A stretch of DNA of 35,101 bases from Octopus bimaculoides (lineage: Eukaryota), in assembly GCF_001194135.2 (NCBI RefSeq), contig NC_068983.1:13189678-13224778 (forward strand). Reading direction: 5' to 3'. Made by a program: the position numbers and the translations under genes. The notes under the pieces are model-generated. The model was given only the letters and a program-made list of their open reading frames with translations, was not told where the DNA came from and ran no database searches. Within the stretch, counting starts at the first letter, position 1. Each line of letters opens with the position of its first letter. Below are positions 24,123 through 34,605 of this stretch, piece after piece.

Positions 24123-24799
24123 AACAACAAACAAGATGAGGAGAAATATCCGTCAAATGTAAATAATTCCTCATCTCTTAAATATAGAACTGAACTTTGT
24201 TCACAGTTTTGCATTTTATATCTCTTATTTTACTTTTTACAATCTTAGAAACCCTTAATATTCTACGAAACTGTCAATGACTATAGTTTTAACTTGAATG
24301 TCTAAGACTATTTCAGCATTCATTCCAGATCAATTATTCCAACAATACTGCTTATTGTGTTTTAGTATATTTTATCACTTTCTCCTGTTGTGCTTCACCA
24401 TATCTAAGAAATTCTTAATATCTTAAGGCTCATATGTGTTTGTACGCATACGCACGTATGCTTGCGTGTATGAATAAATAAATGAATAAATGAATTTATA
24501 TATATGTATATATCTAATGAGCTAAGGCTTCAATACGTAGAATATCTTTCAATCAGCTAAGAGAATAAGGATAAAGCTATAATAAAACTGCAATGCTTGT
24601 TAAATACAGCTACTCAGCGTTTCCTCGTCGATAGATTAGCAGTTTTTCAAGCTGAGAAGAAGACTGTTTTCCGGTTGCGTTTTTTTTTTTTTACGTAGAT
24701 GACGTTTAAACAAAGGACGCTGATAATGAAGACAAAAATAAAAATACAAGGGAGATAAATAACCAATGCTACAACAAACTACTACAAAAACGTACAGAG

Positions 24800-25900
24800 G
24801 ATATCAATGGCTTACGTTGTGTTTGGTGGCCTATATTTAAATTCCGCCAAGATATACTTCTTAAAATGTAGACTTAGAGAAAAACTCTCGTTTCTGGATC
24901 TTAAGTAATCGCTAAAGGTTCTCAAATAAGAGATATAGTTGTTCAAGAGAACATACTGAACTTCATGACCCGTTAATATACGGTCAGGTTTTGGAAATGA
25001 TTTTTATGTTTGCTGTCGTACTTATTCCCTTCGTATTTAAGCCTCCAGATTAAAACTGAAAGGTTCGTTGAATGTCTTTTATCACGAAATGTAGTTGTTA
25101 TATCGGGATTTTAATTTTCGTTCGACGTCTACGATATAACGTATGATTTGTGTCCGACCGTTGTCATAGATCACTGAAACCTGTGTTTTATAAAGAACGG
25201 AGGATATATTGCATTTCTGCTCTAGAGTACATTTAGATTTGTTTGTATATGTGCATCCAGGATATGCTTGCATCGTCTGTTGCTTATTGATATGAAATAT
25301 CGTAATGGAAGGCAAAAAAGGTTATTTTGTGTCTGTTAAAAATTTTATAGTATTTATGGTTTCTAGGAAAGAGGAGAAAACTGTTATCTACTAACAGATT
25401 TCTACCTACGTTTGGCCTAAGGGAGAAATGCAGGGTGGGGCGAACCATGGAAATTTTCGAAAGATAGTTACGACAATATAATAGAGTGGGTCGGTGTTGT
25501 AGAAGATTTTATCAGTAAAGCCGCTACCCTGTAGAGACGTATTATGATATACATCAGCCTTTTAGAAGAGGGGAGGCATGGGATCTTACGGCTAATATCA
25601 GAAATTAAGTTTCTAAATGTAATAATGTAACATGTGGGTGACAAGAATATTTATTGATATATTTAAGGTTCTCTTTGATTTTGTGAAATGGCTTATCTAT
25701 ATGAATGAGTTTGGAGGCCTAAGGAAACATCTAAAATGTTAGTTCAAGTTAGTTTAGTTTCGATAGAGAGCTTAAGTCATAAGCAATTGAAGGTAGAAAT
25801 TAATTACTTTCTAAAGAAAAACAGGTATTACGTAACATGTCACACGGAACTTCGTGCAATGGCACTAAAAACAGGTTAATGCCGAAACAATTGTAACTAT
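24800..25900 (-). mobile_element. Decayed Penelope-like element: RT C-terminus, Cys-rich linker, GIY-YIG endonuclease; possibly extends to ~26460
   Basis: Ordered motifs across frameshifts: LKLSIET..TNILDVSL (~25720-25780), PFHKIKENLKYINKYSCHP (~25635-25692), SLQGSGF, PWFAPP (~25433-25450), HKYYKIFNRH, GCTYTNKSKCTLEQKCNISSVLYK..RYIVDVERKLKSRYNN (ORF 25082-25315), HSTNLSVLIWRLK, PYINGS*SSVCSLEQLYLL. Confidence 0.85.
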
Positions 25901-25929
25901 GCTAAATTCTTTGTCTTCTTATTTGGGTT

Positions 25930-25968
25930 ATAAAAGTGCGTGTGCCTGTGTGTGGTGTGTACGCGTGT

Positions 25969-26006
<38 letters not shown>

Positions 26007-26040
26007 AGTGTGTGTATGTGCGTGCGTACATGTGTGTTTT
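25930..26040. repeat. (TG)n microsatellite
   Basis: Direct inspection. Confidence 0.95.
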
Positions 26041-27025
26041 ACATGAATTGACTGAACTATAATTTGTTAAGTGTCATTCAAATATAACTTAGACAAGAAT
26101 GCTGCAGGCATTCTGACTTGTATTGAACGTTTTTTTTTTCGTATAAATCAAATAACATTAACTCACATGACACGTACAAGGAAATTCACTTCTCTCACTA
26201 CTACAAATGAATTTTCTATGTATTTGCTGGTCAGAAAAGAAGGTTCTAAATGCAGACAAAGGTAATAGAATCGTTTTATAATAAAAAATGTTATTTACGT
26301 TCACCGAAAGATAAAGGTGCACTTGTTCTGGCTGTTTGTTTAATATTTCAACTGAATCTAAGTAATTAGTTATTTGGGGAGAAAGTTTGGCATAAACCAT
26401 TTTGTAGTGTAGATTAATCTTTGCTAAGTAGCTGAGCCACTTGTAGCTGTCACTCATAATTGAAATGACGTTTAGTGTTAAATTTAAGAAATCGTAATTA
26501 TGTTGTGAAAAATTGACATTATTATATCTAACGGGCAGTTCGAAGGACGCGCACTAATTTTCTGTTCCTTTTATAGATGACAAGTTTGAGTGACCTGTGA
26601 ATTTTAATAACGCGGATAGCAGAACAGTCATAAAATCATATGCAACCTGCCAATCAATGCCAAAGAAATTACTGTTGAGATAACAAAAAAGCAAAACGTG
26701 GTAATTTGTGAGTGGAGATCCTAGGAAAGAGAAATGAAGTGGCCGAAAGCCAGATAAGATTGTGTAGGAGTGTATGAATAGTAGAGCAAAGGCTTATGTG
26801 ATGCGATAGCACAGGTGAAGTGAGAAGACCAACTCCGCCATATGAATAAGTGGCTGGAGTGTGTTGGTGCTTCTGTCATTGCCAATTAACCAGGCGGTGG
26901 CTTGCATTGGGATCGGCTTCGCATAACATAGTTACTTTGTTGTTGTTTAAGTCCTAGAACACAGTATCTCTAGAATGATGAGGCCTTACCAATTTTTTTG
27001 AGCAATGTGAGGGAGGTATGTTCAA

Positions 27026-27237
27026 CAGGGTGTACACAAAGTTTGGGTACATGGGGATTAACACATACTTTAAGAAACTATTATTCCTTATATTTAATTG
27101 TTTATGTTATGATTTTATTTACTCCATGTACCCACATGGGGATTAACACATACTCTAAGAAATTATTATTTCTTATATTTAATTGTTTATGTCATGATTT
27201 TATTTACCCCATGTAACCAGAGTTTGTGGACACCCTG
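27026..27237. mobile_element. Tc1/mariner-type MITE with an internal 85-bp tandem duplication
   Basis: TIRs CAGGGTGTACACAAAGTTTGGGTACATGGGG / CCCCATGTAACCAGAGTTTGTGGACACCCTG|TA; units 27049-27133 and 27134-27218. Confidence 0.8.
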
Positions 27238-28039
27238 TAGAACTGTGCAGAAACACCTACGTTGCAACATAGCCATGCGAGTTTGGGAGAAGCATTGCAT
27301 TTTAAAATTTGATAGAGCAGGCTTAGGTGAAATAAATCTTGATCATTGAGGGCAGTTTCTGCTATACTCTAAGCTTTAGCTTCGTTAGAAGATATCAGCT
27401 GCGAATGTAAGATCAACAATATACATTGAGTTTTACAATTTCAGTAAGCTATTGTTCAAGATTAGAGGGAAGGCAGAAAAACCTTGTATACTTGACATAT
27501 GTAGTGACTGAGTCTTTGTGATTTTAATAATGGCTCTGTCCACATAGGTAACGCTTCCACAGCTTACCTTGTCTCAGCAGATCGAACTTTAGATGTCTAA
27601 ATTACATCAAAATCCTTTAAGTTGAATTATTGGTGAAGAGTACTTCTGATCAGCATAGGTTTGGACATTGTTAAAGATTATCTTTAGTAGAAAATGTACA
27701 TATATAAACACACACACACTCAGCCTCTCTCTCTCTCTCTCTCTCTCTCNNNNNNNNNNNNNNNNNNNNNNNNNNNNNNNNNNNNNNNNNNNNNNNNNNN
27801 NNNNNNNNNNNNNNNNNNNNNNNNNNNNNNNNNNNNNNNNNNNTGTGTGTGTGTGTGTGTGTGTGTATTCCAAGAGAGTAAAGGTTGTGAATCCAACCAA
27901 CTGAGGGATAATATTTATCCAATATACTGCTGGTAGAATACTCAATTATTAATACACAAGTATTTTTTCATTGCATGGCAATTACACTACTGAATGTAAT
28001 AAATGGGTGAGGGAAAAAAAATTTTAGCCTTAATTTATA

Positions 28040-28367
28040 CAGCAATAAGAAAATGGAGGGGATCAAGAGGTGGCATTCATCAACTTTTAGACATTTTGTT
28101 ATGTCTATTTTTTTACTTAAAAAAAACAATTATAACAATACACATACATGTATGACATATTATGCTTTACATATATAATATATATAAATATATAAAAATA
28201 ATTACTAATGATTACTGGTATTTTTATATATTATATATGTAAAGCATAATGTGTTATACATCTGTGTATATTGTTATAATTTTTATTTTTTAACTAAATA
28301 AATAAACGTAATATGTTTAAAAGTTGATGAATACCACCTTTTGATCCCCTCCATTTTCTTATTGCGA
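28040..28367. mobile_element. Foldback/MITE with ~160-bp imperfect TIRs, probable TA target
   Basis: TA|CAGCAATAAGAAAATGGAGGGGATCAA.AGGTGG.ATTCATCAACTTTTA vs TAAAAGTTGATGAATACCACC..TTGATCCCCTCCATTTTCTTATTGC; ~18-bp centre. Confidence 0.8.
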
Positions 28368-28418
28368 TATATATATATATGTGAGTACGTCTGTGTATGT
28401 GTGTGTGTATGTATGTAC

Positions 28419-28450
<32 letters not shown>

Positions 28451-28533
28451 TAATCACCCATCCTTTTGGGATGTGATATTCAGGTGCCTTCGCATAAGTA
28501 CCATATTCAAGCCTTGAATCTATATCTAAACCG

Positions 28534-28564
<31 letters not shown>

Positions 28565-28574
28565 TAGAGAATTG

Positions 28575-28700
28575 GAAAAAGTGTCCGATAGAATAATACT
28601 AGGCTTACAAAGAACAAGTCTTAGGGTCGATTTGTTCGACTAAAGCAGGTGCTCCAGCATGGCTGCACTCAAATGAGTGTGTCAAATTAAAGAAAAAAGC
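28575..28700 (+). mobile_element. SINE type B 3' tail fragment
   Basis: CCGATAGAATAATACTAGGCTTACAAAGAACAAGTCTTAGGGTCGATTTGTTCGACTAAAGCAGGTGCTCCAGCATGGC. Confidence 0.8.
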
Positions 28701-29032
28701 AATATATATATATATAAAGAAAAAAAGAAAGAAGAAAGGATAGTAAGAAAGAGAGAAAGAAAGAAACAACAACATGACGACAGAAATATGTAAATTAATT
28801 AATTATTTACTGAACATGGAATACAAATCCGAGTTTCTTGCTTGATTGAATAATTAAGATTTTATAACATTTTTATAACATTTTTCTTACATTTTTCTGA
28901 CATAATTTAAATATATACTTTAACCATGTAACACAAGCCTTCTGTAGTTTTTTCACTCTTATTATCTTTTATACATCCAACCACGTGCTTTCACATACCA
29001 ACTTTCTCACATATATATATATATATATATAA

Positions 29033-29073
29033 GGCGCAGGAGTGGATGTGTGGTAAGTAGCTTGTTACCAACC
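29033..29073 (+). mobile_element. SINE type B 5' head only (41 bp)
   Basis: GGCGCAGGAGTGGATGTGTGGTAAGTAGCTTGTTACCAACC after (TA)n; homology ends abruptly. Confidence 0.75.
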
Positions 29074-29393
29074 TGTTCGAAGGTTATAATGGACATAGAT
29101 TCGTGTGTCACATAGCTAGCTAGAGGCGATGGCTTCTTGGAGCTAATCAACGGCAGCATTCGTCCTATTTTTGGGACTGCCATGTTGGCTTGGCGATAAT
29201 TATTCTAGATAACTATATCAAAATATTCATTTGGGTGATGCTATTCTTACACCCAATCTGCACAACTCATAACATAATTTCACGAGTATCTCCAAACAAA
29301 ACGAAGTAACCTAGTCATTCTCTTAGGATCTGCTTCAATTTGCCGAAGAACACCTATAATAAATAGTTCAGCAGTACCAACATCGGATTAGTA

Positions 29394-29692
29394 CAGGGGT
29401 ACTCAACCACTTTTCTATCTATGGACCATTTTGATTAATATTTTATTCCGAGGGACACCATTCGCCATTCGATGCTTAAAACCTAGTTTTATAGAAACAT
29501 CTTTCAAAATTCCTATTTCGTTTTACACACATTAACTTATGTAGTTTGAAATATATAAAACATTAGAGAAAAAGAAACAATCAGTTTCCTACAATACATA
29601 CATCTAAAGCAAATTTTGTTCAGGGGTCCTTAAAATACTATTGGGCTCCTCCAGATTACAGGAGTTACATGGACCTTGGCTGAGATCCACTG
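29394..29692. mobile_element. hAT (Charlie-like) MITE
   Basis: TIR CAGGGGTACTCAACC vs reverse complement CAGTGGATCTCAGCC (11/15); 8-bp TSD GATTAGTA/GAGTAGTA (7/8). Confidence 0.65.
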
Positions 29693-29986
29693 GAGTAGTA
29701 TATATGTTAGTCACTATTGACTTTTGACAGGAAATGTGGTATTACTAACGCCTTGTTCTTCGCATTCCTCTGTCAGTCCGTGAGATGGTTTCTTATATTT
29801 ACAACGACAATAAAATATATCAGATGCAAAAATCTCCGAATCCTTTTTTTTTTTTAACACAACACTTTTTTTTTTTTTTTTTTTCCAAATCTCTTAAAAG
29901 TCTATTTTCGTGCCTTTGCAAATAGAAATCATTGCTATTAGCAACTCCTGTCCTTCGTAGTGTTATCGTTGATATCACCGTTTATC

Positions 29987-30012
29987 ACACCACCACCACC
30001 ACCAACACCACC

Positions 30013-30064
<52 letters not shown>

Positions 30065-30458
30065 CCACCATCAACATTATCGTCATCATCGTCATCATCG
30101 TCATCATCGTCGTCATCGTCAGCATCGTCAGCATAAGCTCCACCACTATCAGCGAAACCACAATAGCCGGCGGCAGTAATGTGAATAGCTTCTTTCATTT
30201 CTATCATAATCACCACAATAATCAACATCATCATCATCATCATCATCATCGCCATCAGCAGCCTCAGCAGCTTAGTAATCATCATCGTCCTCCTCTTTGT
30301 CGTCATCGTCCTCGTTTTTCTTCTTATCATCATCATCGTCGTCGTCATAATCATCATCATCATCTACGTCACCGTCTTCTCACTCTTCTTCTTCTTCTTC
30401 TTCTTCTTCTTCTTCTTCTTCTTCTTCTTCTTCTTCTTCTCTGTCATCGTCGTCGTCG

Positions 30459-30490
<32 letters not shown>

Positions 30491-30497
30491 GTCATCA
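29987..30497. repeat. Compound trinucleotide array (ACC, ATC, GTC/CGT, CTT)
   Basis: Direct inspection. Confidence 0.9.
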
Positions 30498-31005
30498 CAG
30501 CTTATTCCTCACTTTTGTAGTTGCCTGATATTTTATTTGTTATTAATGTGACGAGGGTGGTGTTCTGGTGTCTACCTCCGAGTGTATACGCACCTATGCG
30601 TGTGTGTGTGTGTTCATATGTGTTTGTGTGTGCGTGTGTGTATGTGTGTGAGACTCTTTTTGTGTGTGTATTATATTTCAGTGTGGATGTCTGTAAGTGT
30701 GTTTTCTATCAAAAGTTTACTAACCAAATCGTTATTTCGTTATATCTGCAAATTAACTCTGGCCCGTTTCTTTTATATTTTCAAAAATATACTTTAAAAT
30801 TAACAATTTTTCGCTGAATTTTTTTCCCGCTGCTCTTCATACTTTGGCATAATTTATCGATTGCTTTCATTTAAGTCTTCGATTTTTTTCCATCTTCTTA
30901 TCTGCTTAAATACCAACGATATTTATTTAATTATTGAGGTCATTAATATTATCTCTTGCTCCACTTTCAAACATTTAACTCCTGTCGTTATCTATTATCA
31001 ATTTA

Positions 31006-31011
31006 TTATTA

Positions 31012-31110
<99 letters not shown>
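31006..31110. repeat. (ATT)n(AGT)n microsatellite
   Basis: Direct inspection. Confidence 0.95.
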
Positions 31111-31118
31111 TCAAGACG

Positions 31119-31335
31119 AGGCGGCGAGCTGGCAGAATCGTTGCACGCCGAGCAAAATGCTTAGCGGTATTTCGTCCGTCTTTACGTTGTGAGTTCAAAT
31201 TCCGTCGAGGTTGACTTTGTCTTTCGGGGTCGATAAATTAAGTACCAGTTGAGTACTGGGTATCGATGTAGTCGACCATTCCACTCACCCCCAATTTCAA
31301 GCCTTGTGCCTATATTAGAAAGGATTATTATTATG
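31119..31335 (+). mobile_element. SINE type C, near full length, tail variant 2 ending in (ATT)n
   Basis: GGCGGCGAGCTGGCAGAATCG...GCCTTGTGCCTATATTAGAAAGGATTATTATT. Confidence 0.9.
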
Positions 31336-31346
31336 AATTTATCATG

Positions 31347-31414
<68 letters not shown>

Positions 31415-31490
31415 AAGTAGTAGTGGTGGTGGCGGTAGAATAGTAGAATTTGTTAATTCTATCTTCATTTTGGAAATTTATAAAATTTCT

Positions 31491-31530
<40 letters not shown>

Positions 31531-31531
<1 letters not shown>

Positions 31532-31841
31532 AAAATACAAAGACCTGGAAATAGAGGTAACTCGAATGTGGAATCTAAAAACAGAAACAATTCCTATCAT
31601 AGTAGGTGCCTTAGGTATAATTAAAAAATATTCAGACAAATACATAACAAAAACACCAGGACTTACAAATATATATAACATACAGAAAATTGCACTACTG
31701 GGCACTGCATACATCCTACGCAAAACACTTTCAATACAGTAACCATAAGAACACCACAGCAAACCACAGCACATACCCAAGGCACACAGATCTGCGCTCG
31801 GTAGTGAAGTGAAAGCACGTTATAAAAATAAAATTACTGAA
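31531..31841 (+). mobile_element. 5'-truncated R4/Dong-like LINE 3' end: C-terminus of restriction-like endonuclease + 3' UTR
   Basis: Open frame KYKDLEIEVTRMWNLKTETIPIIVGALGIIKKYSDKYITKTPGLTNIYNIQKIALLGTAYILRKTLSIQ* (stop 31740-31742); (TAA)n on both flanks. Confidence 0.9.
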
Positions 31842-31859
31842 CAATAATAATAATAATAA

Positions 31860-32010
31860 AAGTGGTACAAGGCCAGAAATTTCGGCGGAGAAGAAGGGCC
31901 GATAACATCGACCCTAGTGCTCAACACGTACTTTTCTTCATTGACCACGAGAGGATGAAGCCAGCCTCGACCGCGGCGGAATTTGAACTCAGAACGTAAA
32001 GACGGACGAA
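31860..32010 (-). mobile_element. SINE type C, 5'-truncated/degenerate
   Basis: GGTACAAGGCCAGAAATTT..ACATCGACCCTAGTGCTCAAC..GGCGGAATTTGAACTCAGAACGTAAAGACGGACGAA. Confidence 0.8.
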
Positions 32011-32027
32011 TCTACAAGTTCACCACC

Positions 32028-32102
32028 TTAATAATAAGAACAATAATATTGACAATAACAATTGTAATAAAAGCAACACTAACAACAACAACAGCAACAA
32101 CG

Positions 32103-32162
<60 letters not shown>

Positions 32163-32180
32163 GTAATAATAATACTACTA
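32028..32180. repeat. Degenerate (AAT)/(AAC)n array
   Basis: Direct inspection. Confidence 0.9.
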
Positions 32181-32590
32181 ATAAGTGCAATTCTTATATT
32201 TCAATTATATGAGTTAAAGTTATCGTTTTAATTAAATTAGACGAAACAGCAATCAAAATTAAGAGAGAGAGAGAGAGAAAAAAATCACATTCAATTTCCA
32301 GAGATCTATATCTATCCAGCTTACAATCTTTCTGATGATATTCGTGAAATTTAATAACTTCGAATGAACGCATTTACTTGTTGCTTCTACTCGTATTCCA
32401 AGATCAGAACAAAACTTCTATTTACAATAGTTATCATGGTGACGTCGAGGTTAGTAGTTAAAGCCGTTATCTCGTTTCAGCATTAATTGATATTATGTGT
32501 GTGTATGTGTGTATGCAATATGTACATTTATATATATACATATATATATATACATATATATATACATATATATACATACATATATATATG

Positions 32591-32635
<45 letters not shown>

Positions 32636-33091
32636 NNNNNNNNNNNNNNNNNNNNNNNNNNNNNNNNNNNNNNNNNNNNNNNNNNNNNNNNNNNNNNNNN
32701 NNNNNNNNNNNNNNNNNNNNNNNNNNNNNNNNNNNNNNNNNNNNNNNNNNNNNNNNNNNNNNNNNNNNNNNNNNNNNNNNNNNNNNNNNNNNNNNNNNNN
32801 NNNNNNNNNNNNNNNNNNNNNNNNNNNNNNNNNNNNNNNNNNNNNNNNNNNNNNNNNNNNNNNNNNNNNNNNNNNNNNNNNNNNNNNNNNNNNNNNNNNN
32901 NNNNNNNNNNNNNNNNNNNNNNNNNNNNNNNNNNNNNNNNNNNNNNNNNNNNNNNNNNNNNNNNNNNNNNNNNNNNNNNNNNNNNNNNNNNNNNNNNNNN
33001 NNNNNNNNNNNNNNNNNNNNNNNNNNNNNNNNNNNNNNNNNNNNNNNNNNNNNNNNNNNNNNNNNNNNNNNNNNNNNNNNNNNNNNNNNNN

Positions 33092-33136
<45 letters not shown>

Positions 33137-33137
<1 letters not shown>

Positions 33138-33564
33138 TAGAAAAACTAATACCGTACTCAGAGATCTGGATGGTTGTACACATACAGATTTTTATTAATA
33201 TGACACATGTTTTTATAAATCATATATACAGCGCTTGCATTTACTCTAATAGATTCTTCACATTTAAATCTGAAGATGTAAATGAACATTCTTTTGTCAT
33301 CCACGATATATATGCTACGGCTTTGCCGAAGTTTACATGGTTCTTGTGTTGAAAAAGTCCTCGTGAATTCAAAATTACTTGGTCTAACGTAGAAAATTTA
33401 AGTCTGAAGAATCTATTTAAATCTGAAGATTTAAATTTAAATCTGAAGAATCTATTAGAGTAGATGCAAGCACTATATATGATTTATAAAAACATGTGAC
33501 ATATTAATAAAAATCTGTAAATGTACAACCATCCACATCCCTTAGTACCTTATTATTTTTTCTT
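33137..33564. mobile_element. Foldback/MITE-like element with ~130-bp imperfect inverted arms and TTTAAATCTGAAGA subrepeats
   Basis: TGGATGGTTGTACA..CAGATTTTTATTAATATG.CACATGTTTTTATAAATCATATATA..GCTTGCAT.TACTCTAATAGATTCTTCA (33167-33260) mirrored at ~33435-33535. Confidence 0.8.
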
Positions 33565-33603
33565 ATATATAATACCTGTACATCACCTCCAAACCTTCTA
33601 ATG

Positions 33604-33637
<34 letters not shown>

Positions 33638-34490
33638 TATATATATTCTAATTCACGCAGAAGCGATCAATTACGGGACTACATACAAATGTAGAGAACC
33701 TTTTAATACATTATAACTGAAAGTCTCCGATTTCTAGTACTGAGTTGCTCGTTTGCGATCTTTGAATGGCGAACAGAACCTCGTTTTCTTTTGAATATTC
33801 ATTATTTGGATATATTTTTTCAAATATGAAATGAAAGTTTGAAGGAAATGGTTATCCATAAGTTCTTTCATTTAAAAGCCTTTGTGAAAGCCACGCACGA
33901 AAACTGAGACTTCAAGCTCATGATTTTGATTTCATCTCTGGTTCTTGTGGTACTATTATTATAAACGGCATGAGCTTCATTGAATTGAAATCATCAAACT
34001 CCTTTGCTGCTTAAGCAATGTTCTAAAATAATACATTTAATTAATGCTTTTAATAAGTTAAGTAAAGAAAAATACACTTGGAATACACAGCGTAAGCATA
34101 GGAATAGGAAAAGGAATATGCAATGGTAAAACGCAGTATGTAAATTAGTAGTAAAAACTAATATTGCAAGGGAATTTCTTAATTTAATAGATCAACATTT
34201 CCACAAGTGCATAAATATATAGAAATATCGAATAGGAACTGAGTTAAATTTAGCTATTCAACTTGCAAAAATTGCAGGTGTTACATAGACGGTTATGATG
34301 CTGCGAAGTTGAGTCGATGAGAGACGCGAACAACTAGCCAGCGAACATCGTGCAACTCTAGAGAAGTTTTGGAAACTGTCCACGAGATGGTAACTGCCAG
34401 GCAAAGTCAATGGTATATGGTCTAAATTTGGAATCAAAGCGCAGCGCTCAACCTCAGGCATATACTGGAACGAAGATAGCTATTACAAGC

Positions 34491-34605
34491 ATGAACATTC
34501 TTTTCTCATTCACGACAGATATGCTACGGCTTTGTCGAAGTTTACATGGTTCTTGGGTAGAAAAGTCCTGGTGAATTCAAAATTACTTGGTCTAATGTAG
34601 AAAAT
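34491..34605 (+). repeat. Second copy (~91% identical) of the 116-bp segment at 33282-33397
   Basis: About 9 substitutions and 1 indel by eye. Confidence 0.9.

Larger units (their letters stand above)
23646..24192. mobile_element. Palindromic (head-to-head) tRNA-headed retroelement insertion with 13-bp TSD AACTTTGTTCACA
   Basis: Arms 23654-23897 and 23912-24167, 14-bp spacer; TSD 23633-23645 and 24193-24205; each arm = tRNA-like head, imperfect (TAA)n, hammerhead-containing tail. Confidence 0.9.

Noticed and set aside
24608-24659. Possible decayed hammerhead at the 3' end of the Penelope-like remnant (minus: CTCAGC-TTGAAAA...GAAACGCTGAG)
   Set aside because: The position is suggestive, but the CUGANGA core has two mismatches and no stem II can be drawn.
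26040-26460. Upstream continuation of the Penelope RT
   Set aside because: Only faint motif resemblance across several frames; mentioned as a possible extension but not called.
27026-27237. CRISPR-like repeat-spacer array
   Set aside because: Eukaryotic context; two tandem units without unique spacers, explained by a MITE duplication.
32333-32375. CTGATGA...GAA motif
   Set aside because: No stem II or stem I complementarity.
3878-33352. Long ORFs of 150-330 aa in the ORF track (e.g. 10785-11771, 18142-18990, 19392-20282, 32495-33352)
   Set aside because: They consist of N-runs and dinucleotide repeats (YIYI, HTHT, CVCV, SLSL) and are not coding evidence.
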